A stretch of 64,000 nucleotides of DNA from an uncultured Methanoregulaceae archaeon. Lineage in GTDB: Archaea > Halobacteriota > Methanomicrobia > Methanomicrobiales > Methanospirillaceae. Position 1 is the first letter of the stretch, and each line of letters starts with the position of its first letter. A program made the translations under genes and the position numbers. Below the pieces are notes generated by a model. It was not told the DNA's origin. It did not search any database and saw only the letters and a list, made by a program, of their open reading frames with translations. The stretch is from contig CAVTTL010000001.1 of assembly GCA_963737635.1 (NCBI GenBank), forward strand, positions 1,728,001 to 1,792,000, given 5' to 3'. This document shows, piece after piece, positions 21,103 to 32,095 of the stretch.

Positions 21103-22311
21103 TTATTCGTGCCTCAGCGCATCGATCGGGTTAAGGTTCGCCGCCTGCCACGCCGGGTACATACCGCAGGCGATACAGATGACAATCCCGAATCCGACCC
21201 CCTCCACCACCGAACTCATGCTGGCGATGGTGAACAGGTACTTGGTGGTGCCAAGCATCAGCGCACTCACCGCGAAGCCGGCAAAGATACAGAGGGCACC
21301 CCCGATCAGGCTCCCAATCACACCAATGATGGCAGCTTCGAAGATGAACATGCTCATCACCTCCCTTTTCTGGGTCCCGATGCTGCGCATGATCCCAATC
21401 TCTTTTATCCTCTCGTTAACCGACATCATCATGATATTGAAGATCGAGACGCCGGCGACGATCATCGAGATACCTCCTATAGCCTCAACAAAGGTCGTGA
21501 CCGTGCTAAACGTCGCGTAGATAGTGGAGAGTGTTGCCTTGCTGTCCGTTACGGTTACGGTCTTTTCCTTGATGTTCCGGTTGAGCTGGCTCTCGATGAT
21601 CGTTTTTACGGTTGCGGTATCGCCGCTCGTGACCTTCACGACCACTTCGTCGTACTCGTCCTTGTCGTTATACGTGCTCTCGAACCAGTCCTGGGTGGCA
21701 ACGATCGCGCTGTCAGTACTGATATCGAAGCTCATGCCCCGTTCAGGGATGATACCGGTGACCCGGAGTGTACCATACTGGCCGTCCTGCCCAATCGAGA
21801 TCCGCGATCCGACCTGGACGTTATGATCCGTGGCAAAAGTCGACCCTACCAGGCAGCCGGAATTGCCGTTGCTGTAATCACCGGCCTGGAGCGTGGGGAG
21901 CAGATCTTTTACCTTGTCTGTTGGAATGCCGTAAATGGTTGCCACGATATCATCGCTGCCCACCCCCACCTTCATGTGTTCCGATGTGGAGTGGATGGGG
22001 ATCGCGGTGTTGGGGGCGACAGCTCGCTGGATCTGCTCGTAGTTCTGGTAGGTGAGATACATGTTTTGGGAACTCCCGCTACTGCCACCGCCGCCCGGGC
22101 CCATGCCACCGCTGCCGGAGTAGGGTGTGACGATCACGCTGTCGCCTACAGAGGAGAGGCTGGAACTGATCTCCTGGGTCATGCTGTTCCCGAGAATCCC
22201 CATAGCCCCGATAGCGACGACACCGATGATGATCCCGAGCATGGCAAGGGTCGAACGCAGCATGTGGATCCGGATGTTTCGTTTTGAGATCTCCCAGAAT
22301 ATCGTACTCAT
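21103..22311 (-). CDS. ABC transporter permease (MacB/FtsX family)
   Basis: RS.LAMLGIIIGV, extracytoplasmic domain, IGGISMIVAGVSI.NIM..SV.ER.KEIGI.R..G, PA..AA.LNPIDALR. Confidence 0.93.
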   Translation of the reverse strand: MSTIFWEISKRNIRIHMLRSTLAMLGIIIGVVAIGAMGILGNSMTQEISSSLSSVGDSVIVTPYSGSGGMGPGGGGSSGSSQNMYLTYQNYEQIQRAVAPNTAIPIHSTSEHMKVGVGSDDIVATIYGIPTDKVKDLLPTLQAGDYSNGNSGCLVGSTFATDHNVQVGSRISIGQDGQYGTLRVTGIIPERGMSFDISTDSAIVATQDWFESTYNDKDEYDEVVVKVTSGDTATVKTIIESQLNRNIKEKTVTVTDSKATLSTIYATFSTVTTFVEAIGGISMIVAGVSIFNIMMMSVNERIKEIGIMRSIGTQKREVMSMFIFEAAIIGVIGSLIGGALCIFAGFAVSALMLGTTKYLFTIASMSSVVEGVGFGIVICIACGMYPAWQAANLNPIDALRHE

Positions 22312-22997
22312 GCTGCAATTCTCCCGTCAACGATTCTGATAACCCGATCCGTGTATTCGGCAACATGGGGGTCATGCGTGACAATTATGATAGTCGAGCC
22401 CTTCCGGTTGAGCGACGTCATTAGCTCCATAATGCTTGCACCGGTCTTTGAATCGAGATTGCCTGTCGGTTCATCGCAGAGCAGGATATCAGGATCGTTG
22501 ATGAGCGCCCGGGCGATAGCGACCCGCTGCTGCTGTCCCCCGGACAATTCAAGAGGTGTATGGGTGAAGAGGAATTCGTCGAGCTTGACGGCACGCAGGA
22601 CTTCAACCGCTTTTTTTTCGTCAACCTGCTGCTGCGATTTAAGCATCTGGGGAAAGCTCACGTTCTCGACAATATTGAGCAGCGGGAAGAGGTTGAAGTA
22701 CTGGAAGATAAACCCGATATGGTCCCGCCGCAGGTTTGTCAGTTCGGTATCGCTCATATCCCGGACCCCAATGCTGCTCATGAAGATATTCCCTGTTGTC
22801 GGGGTATCGAGGCACCCCATCAGGTTCAGGAGTGTCGATTTGCCGGAGCCCGACGGGCCCATGATCGCGATGAACTCCCCGCGTTCCACTTCAAAAGAGA
22901 TGTGGTCGAGTGCGGTCACATCTCCTGATCTCAGCGGGTAGATCTTGACGACATCAGAAAACTGGATGACCGGTTGCATAGCGTACTGTCCTTTCAC
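22308..22997 (-). CDS. ABC transporter ATP-binding protein (LolD/MacB-like)
   Basis: GPSGSGKST, LSGGQQQR, DEPTGNLD, VTHD. Confidence 0.95.
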   Translation of the reverse strand: MKGQYAMQPVIQFSDVVKIYPLRSGDVTALDHISFEVERGEFIAIMGPSGSGKSTLLNLMGCLDTPTTGNIFMSSIGVRDMSDTELTNLRRDHIGFIFQYFNLFPLLNIVENVSFPQMLKSQQQVDEKKAVEVLRAVKLDEFLFTHTPLELSGGQQQRVAIARALINDPDILLCDEPTGNLDSKTGASIMELMTSLNRKGSTIIIVTHDPHVAEYTDRVIRIVDGRIAA

Positions 22998-24262
22998 TGT
23001 TTTTTCTGTTTCTTCCGGTAGAGGTACCAGCCAGCGCCGCCGATAATGACAAGGACGATAACTATGCCGGGAATCACACTGGGCTGCTGGTTCGGATCTG
23101 AGGTATCAAGGATCCCGACGAGGCTGACCGGCTGTACCGATGCGATCACATTACCGTCTTTATCCTTGTACGATATCTGGAGCGGGACACTGGTTGTGCC
23201 CTGGGGGACGGAGAAGGTGACTTCGTAGGTCCCAAAATCATCCTGCTTAAGGGTGCCGATCACATAGGTGCCATCGGGGTCCTGAGGGGAAGCCGGGGAA
23301 AGGGACGTGACCGTGACACCATTTGCGGTGAGCAGGCCGGCGTTCGTGATATCCCCGGTAACCTGATAGACACCTTTAGTGAGGGTAATAACAACGTTGC
23401 TCATCACCGGGTTTGCCTGCGTTTTATCGACACCGAACTGGACCGGAAGCGTCAGATTCACTGAGTGGTAATTGTCGCCGTTATCGTACCCTACCGCCAA
23501 CGAGAGCGTGGTTTCCTCCGCCGGCATTGCAGTAAAGTTGATCGATGTACTGCTCTGCCCGGGCAAGTCGCCGATATAGATCTTGGATGGCGAAAGGGTG
23601 ACGTTATTCCCGGTGACATCAAGGATGACGTTATGCACATCGTTATCACGGGGATTTGCGATCTGTACGCAGATCGTGTCTTTCTTACCCTGGGTAAAGG
23701 CATCCGGCCGGCTCAGGATGGTCATGACCAGCGGCCGATTGTCGACCTTGACCATTCCCTGGTAATGCATACCCTGCCCGTCCTGGAATGTTATCGAGAA
23801 TGTCGGGTAGTAAATGCCATCGGTTGCATTGGTCGTTATCGAGAAAGTATACTCCTGGGTCTGGAGAGGTCCGATATTGAACGTCGCATCATACATACCA
23901 CTGGTGAGATCCATGTCGTTATCGCTGAACGCCGCGTGGTTGACCACCATGCTCGTGTTCGTATTCCCGTTGGTCACCGAATAGGTGACTGTCCCGCTAT
24001 CGCCGGTGAAAAAAACGGCCGGGTCGTACGTGATATTGGACACATACACGTTCGAATCGGCGGTCATGGAATACGGTGTCGGGTATGCCGATACCGGTAC
24101 TGTCAGGACGCCCATGGTCACGAGAAGGACGAAAAATATCCCGGATACTGAACAATTGCGGGAGAGAAACGTGCTGTTTCCGCCCCGGGAAAGAATCCCT
24201 CCGACACCTGCTGCCGGATACCGGGTTTTTGGATCTGTGGTGGTGAGTTTCAAATCAGACAT
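22994..24262 (-). CDS. COG1361-like cell-surface protein co-transcribed with the ABC exporter
   Basis: Signal-like segment, Ig-like repeats (YIGDLPG), C-terminal TM plus basic tail. Confidence 0.75.
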   Translation of the reverse strand: MSDLKLTTTDPKTRYPAAGVGGILSRGGNSTFLSRNCSVSGIFFVLLVTMGVLTVPVSAYPTPYSMTADSNVYVSNITYDPAVFFTGDSGTVTYSVTNGNTNTSMVVNHAAFSDNDMDLTSGMYDATFNIGPLQTQEYTFSITTNATDGIYYPTFSITFQDGQGMHYQGMVKVDNRPLVMTILSRPDAFTQGKKDTICVQIANPRDNDVHNVILDVTGNNVTLSPSKIYIGDLPGQSSTSINFTAMPAEETTLSLAVGYDNGDNYHSVNLTLPVQFGVDKTQANPVMSNVVITLTKGVYQVTGDITNAGLLTANGVTVTSLSPASPQDPDGTYVIGTLKQDDFGTYEVTFSVPQGTTSVPLQISYKDKDGNVIASVQPVSLVGILDTSDPNQQPSVIPGIVIVLVIIGGAGWYLYRKKQKKQ

Positions 24263-24347
24263 TAAGGTTTCCTCATGTTGAAAGAACGGGTTTTTACTAC
24301 ACCTGTTACTATAGGGTTTGATCCCAAACTAATAAAAGTTCCCGGTC

Positions 24348-24371
24348 GAGTAGTTAAATTTTTAACAACTC
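24348..24371. promoter_or_regulatory. Imperfect palindrome, candidate TrmB operator
   Basis: GAGTAGTTAAA-TT-TTTAACAACTC (10/11 arm match) in the divergent promoter. Confidence 0.5.
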
Positions 24372-24389
24372 AAAATAATTATCATTTAT

Positions 24390-25235
24390 ATGGATAGTAT
24401 TCCAGCGCATCTCGTAAAATCGCTCGCTGACTTGGGATTATCCACCTATGAAGCGAAAGTATACGCCGCGCTGATGCAGTATGATAATGCAGAGGCAAAA
24501 GATCTTACGGAGTACCTGTCAATCTCAAAGCCAAGCGTGTATGAGACCTTGGATCATCTGGCAGAAATGGGACTGACCGTAAAACGAGCCTCAAAACCGG
24601 CGCGGTACAGTGCAGTTTCACCGGAGATGGCTATCGACCTGCTCATGGGGAATCATAAGGTGGCAGCGGACCGGGCGCTGGAGGCATTAAAAAACTAGAA
24701 AAAGAGAAGGTGCGTACCGAACAGGAGGAGGCGCTCTGGACCATTTACGGCGATGCCAATATCGGGTACAAAATCCGGGATCTGTTTGGCAAGGCCAAAA
24801 AACAGATCCAGTGCATGATCGGGGAACGATATCTTCCGTTTATGGAAAATATCCGGATGAAGATATCTCGCTCAACCTGATCGTGATCTCCGGTTCCCGG
24901 ATCTCGAAAAGGAACTGAAGGTGTGGTTCCCGGGAAAGAACGCCGCTATCCATGTAATCTTACCGGATAAATTTGCCGAGCCGCCACCCTTTGCACCGCC
25001 GGAATTCGAGGAAATTCACAAAATGATGAACGTCGAGAACGCTCTCGAACTGATCGTCGATGACGACGAAATGCTCATGGTGCCACCGTTCATATCAGGC
25101 AGCGTTTCGGCCCTTAGCACCAAGAACAAGGGTGCTATCCTCCAGATGAAAATATTCAGCCAGTTCAACTGGAAACGGCTCATCGAGGGGGTCGAATTTC
25201 CTTGCCCTCCGGGACCTGATAGGAAAAAGAAATGA
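24390..25235 (+). CDS. TrmB family transcriptional regulator (three apparent 1-nt deletions)
   Basis: LGLSTYEAKVY.AL...A..L......VY..L..L...GL; continues as LEKEKVRT..WTIYG..NI and LIVDD.E.L after restoring bases at ~24692, ~24860, ~24897. Confidence 0.8.
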
Positions 25236-25495
25236 TGGCGGGATCCCAATGGATCCTACATTTTCTTACGATGTCTCTACAACTCAAACGAAGATTCCCC
25301 TGACCGGACGTTCATTCCATCCTGCCGAATAATCTAGGATAATGTTTTGGCACACGAATGAATCATACGTTCTGACGTTACAAAAGTTGAAAACTAAGAA
25401 CACCTTTTTTAACTGGTTTACGATATTGAGTGACCGGCAGCTTGTTCACGGAAAAACCGTTAATCATTTCAGGCTGCTTCAAATGGAGTGGTAAC

Positions 25496-25684
25496 ATGTG
25501 TAAAATGGTAGGAGCTGTACTATTATTCTTGATTGGGCTTGCCTTGCTGGCTGGCGGAATTACGGCCATGGGAACACTTTACATGACCAGCATTTGCCTT
25601 ATTATTGCCGGTATCCTGACAATTATCCTGGCAATTGCCATGGCAATGATGAAAAAACACGAAATGATGGCCCCGGCTAAATAA
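25496..25684 (+). CDS. Small two-TM membrane protein
   Basis: 62 aa hydrophobic; GGAG RBS. Confidence 0.6.
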   Translation: MCKMVGAVLLFLIGLALLAGGITAMGTLYMTSICLIIAGILTIILAIAMAMMKKHEMMAPAK

Positions 25685-25811
25685 TCCCTCCTTTTTTGGT
25701 CCGCACGCATTTGCCCCTTTCATCTCTCATAGCTAGATGAATTTTTTTCCGTAGGTTCGTTTCAAAACCCGGATCGAAAGCCAACGTATATATCGGACAC
25801 CGGTCGGAGAC

Positions 25812-28237
25812 ATGGGTATGGGCAATGTACACTATATCCGCTGGTTTGCGGAGATCAGGAACGAGGACGTCGCGAGCGTCGGGGGCAAGAACGCCTCGCT
25901 TGGCGAAATGTACCAGGATCTGACAAAGGCCGGCGTAAAGATCCCAAACGGGTTTGCCATAACTGCCGATGCGTACTGGCGGGTGGTAAAGACCGGTGAC
26001 ATTATCGACAGCATCAAGAAAAACCTTGCCGGTCTCGATAAAACTGATATGGCTGATCTCGCAAGCCGGGGAAAGAAAGTCCGGGACCTGATTCTCGGCG
26101 CCGGCATCCCCGACGATATATGGGACGAGATTCGCCTGGCGTACGACAGGTTGTGCGAAGAATACGGATCCGACACCGATGTTGCGGTCAGGAGCTCTGC
26201 GACCGCAGAGGATCTCCCCACCGCCTCTTTTGCTGGTCAACAGGAGACCTATCTCAATATACGCGGGTATAATGCACTCAGGGAGGCCTGCAGCAAATGT
26301 TTTGCGTCCCTTTTTACTGACAGGGCAATATCGTACCGGATCGATCAGAAATTTGATCATTTCAAAGTCGCGCTCTCGATCGGGGTCATGAAGATGATCC
26401 GATCCGACTTAGCATCAAGCGGCGTGATCTTCACGCTTGACACCGAGACTGGGTTCCGTGACGTCGTCTTTATCACCGGCTCGTATGGCCTTGGCGAGAA
26501 CATCGTGCAGGGTGCTGTGAACCCGGACGAGTTTTACGTCTTCAAACCGACGGCACGGACCGGGCACCGGGCCATCATCAGGAAGAATCTTGGCGATAAG
26601 AAGATCAAGATGATCTACGGTCAGGGTACTTCTAAGGTCCTCACCAGAAATGTCGACGTCCCTGAATCAGACAGCCGCCGGTTCTGTATAACCGATGATG
26701 AGATCCTTGCGCTGGCACAGTATGCCATAAAGATCGAGGATCATTACTCCGAAAAGGCACACCAGCTTGTCCCGATGGACATCGAATGGGCAAAAGACGG
26801 GCTGACGGGAGAACTCTTCATCGTCCAAGCACGGCCTGAGACCGTCCACTCGCAGGAAGCAATGGATATTCTTGTAACGTATCATCTGGATCAGCGGGGA
26901 CAAGTGCTTGCACGGGGAAAAGGGGTGGGTGAAAAGATAGCGACCGGTAGGGCACGGGTAATCTCTGACATAAGCCATCTTGGGGAGTTCCATCCCGGCG
27001 AGATTCTTGTCGCCGATACGACAAACCCTGACTGGGAACCAGTCATGAAGACCGCCGCGGCAATTATTACCAACCGCGGAGGGCGGACCTGCCATGCCGC
27101 AATTGTCAGCCGGGAGCTGGGGGTTGCAGCGATTGTGGGAACAAACGATGCGACAGAAAAGATCCGGACGGCCAGGAGATTACGGTGAACTGTTCAGAGG
27201 GAGATGAGGGGATCGTCTATGAAGGGGTCCTTCCCTTCCATGTCGAAAAAATATCCCTTAAGGGCCTTGTGCGCCCCAAGACGTTAATCATGATGAATCT
27301 GGGGGAACCGGACCAAGCTTTTGCCCTCTCGATGATCCCCAACGACGGCATCGGGCTTGCCCGGATGGAGTTTGTCATCAACAACTATATCAAAATCCAC
27401 CCGATGGCACTGGTTCACCCAGAAAAAGTTACCGATGAGACCGTGAAGACACGAATAAGTGACCTTATCTATGGATATGGAAACCCGGAAGAATATTTTG
27501 TTGAGAAGTTGTCCCAAGGCATCGGGACAATTGCGGCCGCGTTTTATCCAAAACCGGTTGTCGTCCGTATGAGCGACTTCAAGACCAACGAGTATGCCGA
27601 TCTCCTCGGGGGAAGATACTTCGAGCCCGGGGAGTCAAACCCAATGCTCGGCTTCCGTGGGGCGTCCCGGTACTACGATGAAAGGTACCGCGAAGGCTTT
27701 GCCCTTGAATGCCGTGCGATGAAACGAGTACTGGAAGAAATGGGGCTGACAAACCTGATCCTTATGATCCCGTTCTGCCGGACGGTCGATGAGGGTGAAA
27801 AAGTGCTGGCCGAGATGGCAAAGAACGGGCTTATGCGAGGTAAGGATGGGCTTGAGGTCTATGTCATGTGCGAGATCCCCAATAACATCCTCCGCATTGA
27901 TGAATTCAACCGGTTGTTCGACGGATTCTCTATCGGTTCAAATGACCTGACCCAGCTGACTCTTGGGGTGGACCGGGACTCTATGGTGGTTGCCCACGAC
28001 TTTGATGAACGGGACCCCGGCGTTATGAAATTCGTATCCATGGCGATACAGGGTGCGCACCGGAACAATCGTCATTCCGGGCTCTGCGGGCAGGCGCCAA
28101 GTGACTATCCTGAGTTTGCCGAGTTCCTGGTAAGGGAACGCATAGAATCAATCTCTCTTAACCCGGACTCGGTGATGAAGATCACCCTGAAAGTACTTGC
28201 AATGGAAGAACAAATGGCCGGAGAGAGAACAAAATAG
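25812..28237 (+). CDS. ppsA: Phosphoenolpyruvate synthase (frameshift at ~27168)
   Basis: VGGKNASLGEM, AVRSSAT.EDLP.ASFAGQQ, QARPETV, phospho-His GGRTCHAAI, SDFKTNEY, SIGSNDLTQL. Confidence 0.93.
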
Positions 28238-28438
28238 AGCGAAGTGATCACATTTTTTCATAATTTTTCGGCGATTATTCCTTGTTTTTCAATAGGATTG
28301 TTCATTATGAGTCACATAGAGTGACAACTGCAAAAAAATTTATAATGAGACGTTATCAATGTCGCACCTGATTCAAACAGGCCGTGAGAGATGGGTTGCG
28401 GTACATTCAATTGGGGGAAACAGAGGAGGGATTTAATT

Positions 28439-28860
28439 ATGAAACGGGGCGTGAATCTTAGCAAACGGGCAGCCAGTATTATAATAGTTCTTTTCTGTCT
28501 CACGATGATCGGCACTGTTTCTGCTGCCGATCCGCAAGGAGCAAATCAAGCGATCTGGGGCAACATGACACCGGCTTCCCCGAGCTATCAGAATACAAAT
28601 AGCAGCACGTGGAACCAGATGCCGATTATGAGCCATGGATATGTGATGATGAGGTCCAGGTACGGTCACCGGATACAGATGGCAAACTGGGGAACGGGAA
28701 ATGGCGCCATGATGGGGGGAAGTTCCGGCATCATGTACGCAGGGTTCATTGTTTTCGGTATGATGCTCGTGTACTCTTAGTTATCGTATGGATCATCGTC
28801 GGTATACTTCTAGTCATCCTGCTCTGGAAAAAAATTCAGAAAGAGAACAAAACACTGTAA
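28439..28860 (+). CDS. Hypothetical Met/Gly-rich membrane-anchored protein (frameshift at ~28772)
   Basis: Signal peptide, MMGG segment; TM continues in second frame (LLVIVWIIVGILLVILLWKK); GAGGAGG RBS. Confidence 0.6.
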
Positions 28861-28908
28861 AATCCAGAAGGGTGTAAGATAAAAAAATCTCTTCATTTTC
28901 CGGTTTCT

Positions 28909-29451
28909 TTAAGTAAAAACCGCTGTGAAAATGCTGTTGATACCTAAGTGAATGATAATACATACTGAGAGGATCATACCTGATACGACAAGCGCCATTG
29001 CGGTATTGCCGTATTTAATTTCACGGAGTACATCTACCGTGGGACTGACGCGGGCGATGATATACATTACCAGATAAATGGATCCAATAGCAAGAAAGAT
29101 ACTCAGCCCGAGCTCAATAATTATGGATACTATCTGAAGGGCTCCTACAATCGTGAACATTCCTCCAGCCACGATGCTATTCAGACCTGTGAGGATTGCT
29201 TGAATACCGGCATATGCCGGAATGGAAATACCGATAAAAATTGAAGCAATAAAGAAACCAACAGCTATGTTTCCCTTTTTAATTTCTCCTGGGGCATCGA
29301 ACCCTCCGGTAAGGTGGTTGAAGGTAAATAACCCGGCATAAAGCGCGATCACAGAAAAAATGATAGCAACGATCATCTGGATTAATCCTGTAAATACATA
29401 AGCCACCAACGCCATTTTTACTGATCCTTGAGTTTTTATTACCCGGTACAA
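28909..29451 (-). CDS. DUF350 domain membrane protein (tandem duplicated domain)
   Basis: Two EIKxGNxA(V/M) motifs each flanked by TM helices. Confidence 0.75.
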   Translation of the reverse strand: MYRVIKTQGSVKMALVAYVFTGLIQMIVAIIFSVIALYAGLFTFNHLTGGFDAPGEIKKGNIAVGFFIASIFIGISIPAYAGIQAILTGLNSIVAGGMFTIVGALQIVSIIIELGLSIFLAIGSIYLVMYIIARVSPTVDVLREIKYGNTAMALVVSGMILSVCIIIHLGINSIFTAVFT

Positions 29452-29735
29452 CTACTTACACAGATTTAATAAACGTATCCTGCACCAGTACCGATCCGTC
29501 ATTAATTCTTCTTCGTATCCCGCTTGACCTTATGATCTCAGGGTAAATCTGCCAGCACGTTATAACAACTGATCAAAGACCGGCAACTGGATCTTTCATC
29601 GTTTGTTTCAAGTTTTGTTTTTGGGAAATAATCCTTTAAGTGTTCTCATCGAAGTCAACTCAGGTCGGAATGCTCTGACGAGCCCTTTCTAGGGTTTTCC
29701 GGGGCAATACTCATTTCAATGGAGGAGGATTTTCT

Positions 29736-29879
29736 ATGGTAAATGTGTCTGCAGAAGGGCAGATCTACCGATGCGAGATCTGCGGGAATGTGGTAATCGT
29801 GCGGGAAGCTGGCGGTGGAGAACTGGTCTGCCACGGTCAGCCCATGAAACTGGAAAGTGAAGGTACGGACAAATCCTGA
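29736..29879 (+). CDS. Desulforedoxin / desulfoferrodoxin N-terminal Fe-binding domain protein (47 aa, not in ORF track)
   Basis: MVNVSAEGQIYRCEICGNVVIVREAGGGELVCHGQPMKL...; GGAGGAGG RBS. Confidence 0.9.
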   Translation: MVNVSAEGQIYRCEICGNVVIVREAGGGELVCHGQPMKLESEGTDKS

Positions 29880-29925
29880 ATAAATAGAGAGAAGAAATTA
29901 AGGTCTTTATTTGATCAACCGGTGA

Positions 29926-30963
29926 TTATAGCGCAGGTTTTGTTTTGAGGGCCGCAACCAGCAGGTTGACACCAGCTTCAATATCCCCGATGTCCAGCAC
30001 TTCAACCGGCGAATGGATGTATCTCGTGGGCGGGCTGATAGTAGTGCTTGGGACTCCACCGCGGGACAGATGAATGGAGGTCGCATCGGTTGTTCCCCCG
30101 GTTCCGACTTCGAACTGCACCGGGATTGCATGGGACTCAGCGGTCTCTTTGAGCCACTGGACAACCTTGCGGTTTGCGATAAGTCCTCTCCCGCTGCTGT
30201 CCACGATCGTAATGACCGGCCCTTTTCCCATCTCGACTGCCGCATCTTTCATATCAATGCCCGGGTGATCTCCGGGAATGGTAACATCTGTCGCAATAGC
30301 CCAATCGGGATCAATAGTATAGGCACTGGTTTTTGCGCCTTTGAGCCCGACTTCTTCCTGAACGGTAAAGACTGCGTAGACTGTAAATGGGGATTTCACC
30401 TTCTGCATGGTTTTGACCAGCATCGCAACACCGGCGCGGTTATCAAATGCCTTCCCGGTAACGTGATTGTTCGCGAGCTCAGTGAACTCCCGGTCGATCG
30501 TTACGGGTGTCCCGATCTCGATGCCGAGTTCCGCGACATCATCCTTGTTTTTTGCGCCGACATCGATGAACATATCATCTGTTTTCACTCCTTTTTTCCG
30601 CTCTTCCTCATCCATCATGTGAGGAGGCTTACCCCCGATGACTCCTATCCGGTCGCCGTTCGACCCGTGGACAATGACGCGCTGGTTATAGAGAGTCGGC
30701 GCATACCATCCACCTAGCGTGATAAACCGAAGAAATCCTTTGTCATCGATATACTTGACCATAAGTCCGATCTCATCCATATGGGCTGCAAGCATTACCT
30801 TTGCCTTATTCCCGTGCTTGACGGCGATAAGGTTACCCATAGTATCCTCGGTGATCTCGTCGACGTGTCCTTTAAGTTCCTTCTTAATAAGGGCAAATAC
30901 GCTGCCTTCACTGCCCGATACCCCGTGGGCATTGGACAGTTTCCGTAAGAGTTCCTTTACCAT
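29926..30963 (-). CDS. M42 family (TET) aminopeptidase
   Basis: AAHMDEIG, GKAFDNR, TVQEEVG, GTTD, RYIHSPVE. Confidence 0.93.
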   Translation of the reverse strand: MVKELLRKLSNAHGVSGSEGSVFALIKKELKGHVDEITEDTMGNLIAVKHGNKAKVMLAAHMDEIGLMVKYIDDKGFLRFITLGGWYAPTLYNQRVIVHGSNGDRIGVIGGKPPHMMDEEERKKGVKTDDMFIDVGAKNKDDVAELGIEIGTPVTIDREFTELANNHVTGKAFDNRAGVAMLVKTMQKVKSPFTVYAVFTVQEEVGLKGAKTSAYTIDPDWAIATDVTIPGDHPGIDMKDAAVEMGKGPVITIVDSSGRGLIANRKVVQWLKETAESHAIPVQFEVGTGGTTDATSIHLSRGGVPSTTISPPTRYIHSPVEVLDIGDIEAGVNLLVAALKTKPAL

Positions 30964-30964
30964 A

Positions 30965-32095
30965 TTACTCTCCTGTTGCCTTTTTGATCCTATCAAGGGC
31001 TCGCATGAGGTTTTCCCGTGAAGCGGCATAACTCAGCCGGGCATAGTCTGGCGCGTTTGCACCAAATGCTGACCCCGGGGTGAGAATAACGCCGTTGTCG
31101 ATAATTTTCTGTACAAGCGCCGGCTTCATCGGTACAAACGCGTAAAACGCGCCTTCGGGGACAGGAAAAGAGAAACCGATGTCAGATAGGCCTTTGCAAA
31201 GCAGGTCGCGGCGCGCACGGTACTCTTCCCTCATCTGGCGGACCGGTATCTGATCCCCAGTGTAGGCTGCGAGCGCCGCATATTGGGAGATTGATGTAGC
31301 ACACGCTTGGCAGTACTGGTGCACCTTGAGGCACTGGCCGACAATTTCGGGAGATGCGGCAAGATATCCCAGCCGCCAGCCGGTCATCGCGTAGGTCTTG
31401 CTTGCCGCATTAATCGTAACGACATTGTCCCCAAACAGTGCTGCACTCCGGTGTTTTTTGCCGTAGATGAAATGCTCGTAAACTTCATCGCTGACAACCG
31501 TAACACCGGCATCATGTGCATACTCGACCAAGGCCTTGATCGACTCCCCACTTTCCACGGCACCCGTCGGATTTGACGGCGAATTTAGGACAAACACGCG
31601 GGCGCCATCCATCAGTGCCTGAGCCCGCTCGAGATCGATATGGAATGTTTCATCCAGCGAGACACCTACAGGCCTACCGCCGGCAAGTGTTGCAAGCGCC
31701 GCATAGGAAACAAAGCCAGGGTCGGCACAGAGTACCACGTCCCCTTCACTCACCAGTGCCTGCATGACGATGTGGAGCGCCTCGCTCGCACCGGCAGTGA
31801 CAAGAACCTGATCCGGCGTATAATGCACTTCGTTTTCTTTTCTGAATTTGGTACTGATCGCATCCCTGAGTTCGGGAATTCCCGTGTTCACCGTGTACCC
31901 GGTCTTTCCTTCACGGATTGCGGCAATGGCAGCATCCTTGATGTGTTGCGGTGTATCAAAATCCGGCTGGCCAAGGCCGAGATTTATCGAGTTCGGTCCC
32001 GCCGCTTCAAAGATCCTCCGTATCCCGGAAATTTCTATACCTTTTACCCGGGGCGAGAAATGTTCTTCCATCTTGTCCTCCACAATGAGTATCAC
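30965..32095 (-). CDS. Class I/II PLP-dependent aminotransferase (AspC-like)
   Basis: G.PDF.TP, NSPSNPTG, DEVY, SKTYAMTGWRLGY. Confidence 0.93.
   Translation of the reverse strand: MILIVEDKMEEHFSPRVKGIEISGIRRIFEAAGPNSINLGLGQPDFDTPQHIKDAAIAAIREGKTGYTVNTGIPELRDAISTKFRKENEVHYTPDQVLVTAGASEALHIVMQALVSEGDVVLCADPGFVSYAALATLAGGRPVGVSLDETFHIDLERAQALMDGARVFVLNSPSNPTGAVESGESIKALVEYAHDAGVTVVSDEVYEHFIYGKKHRSAALFGDNVVTINAASKTYAMTGWRLGYLAASPEIVGQCLKVHQYCQACATSISQYAALAAYTGDQIPVRQMREEYRARRDLLCKGLSDIGFSFPVPEGAFYAFVPMKPALVQKIIDNGVILTPGSAFGANAPDYARLSYAASRENLMRALDRIKKATGE

Noticed and set aside
29659-29705. CTGACGA followed by a hairpin, as a possible hammerhead ribozyme or structured leader
   Set aside because: Lacks the GAAA core after stem II; hairpins are weak
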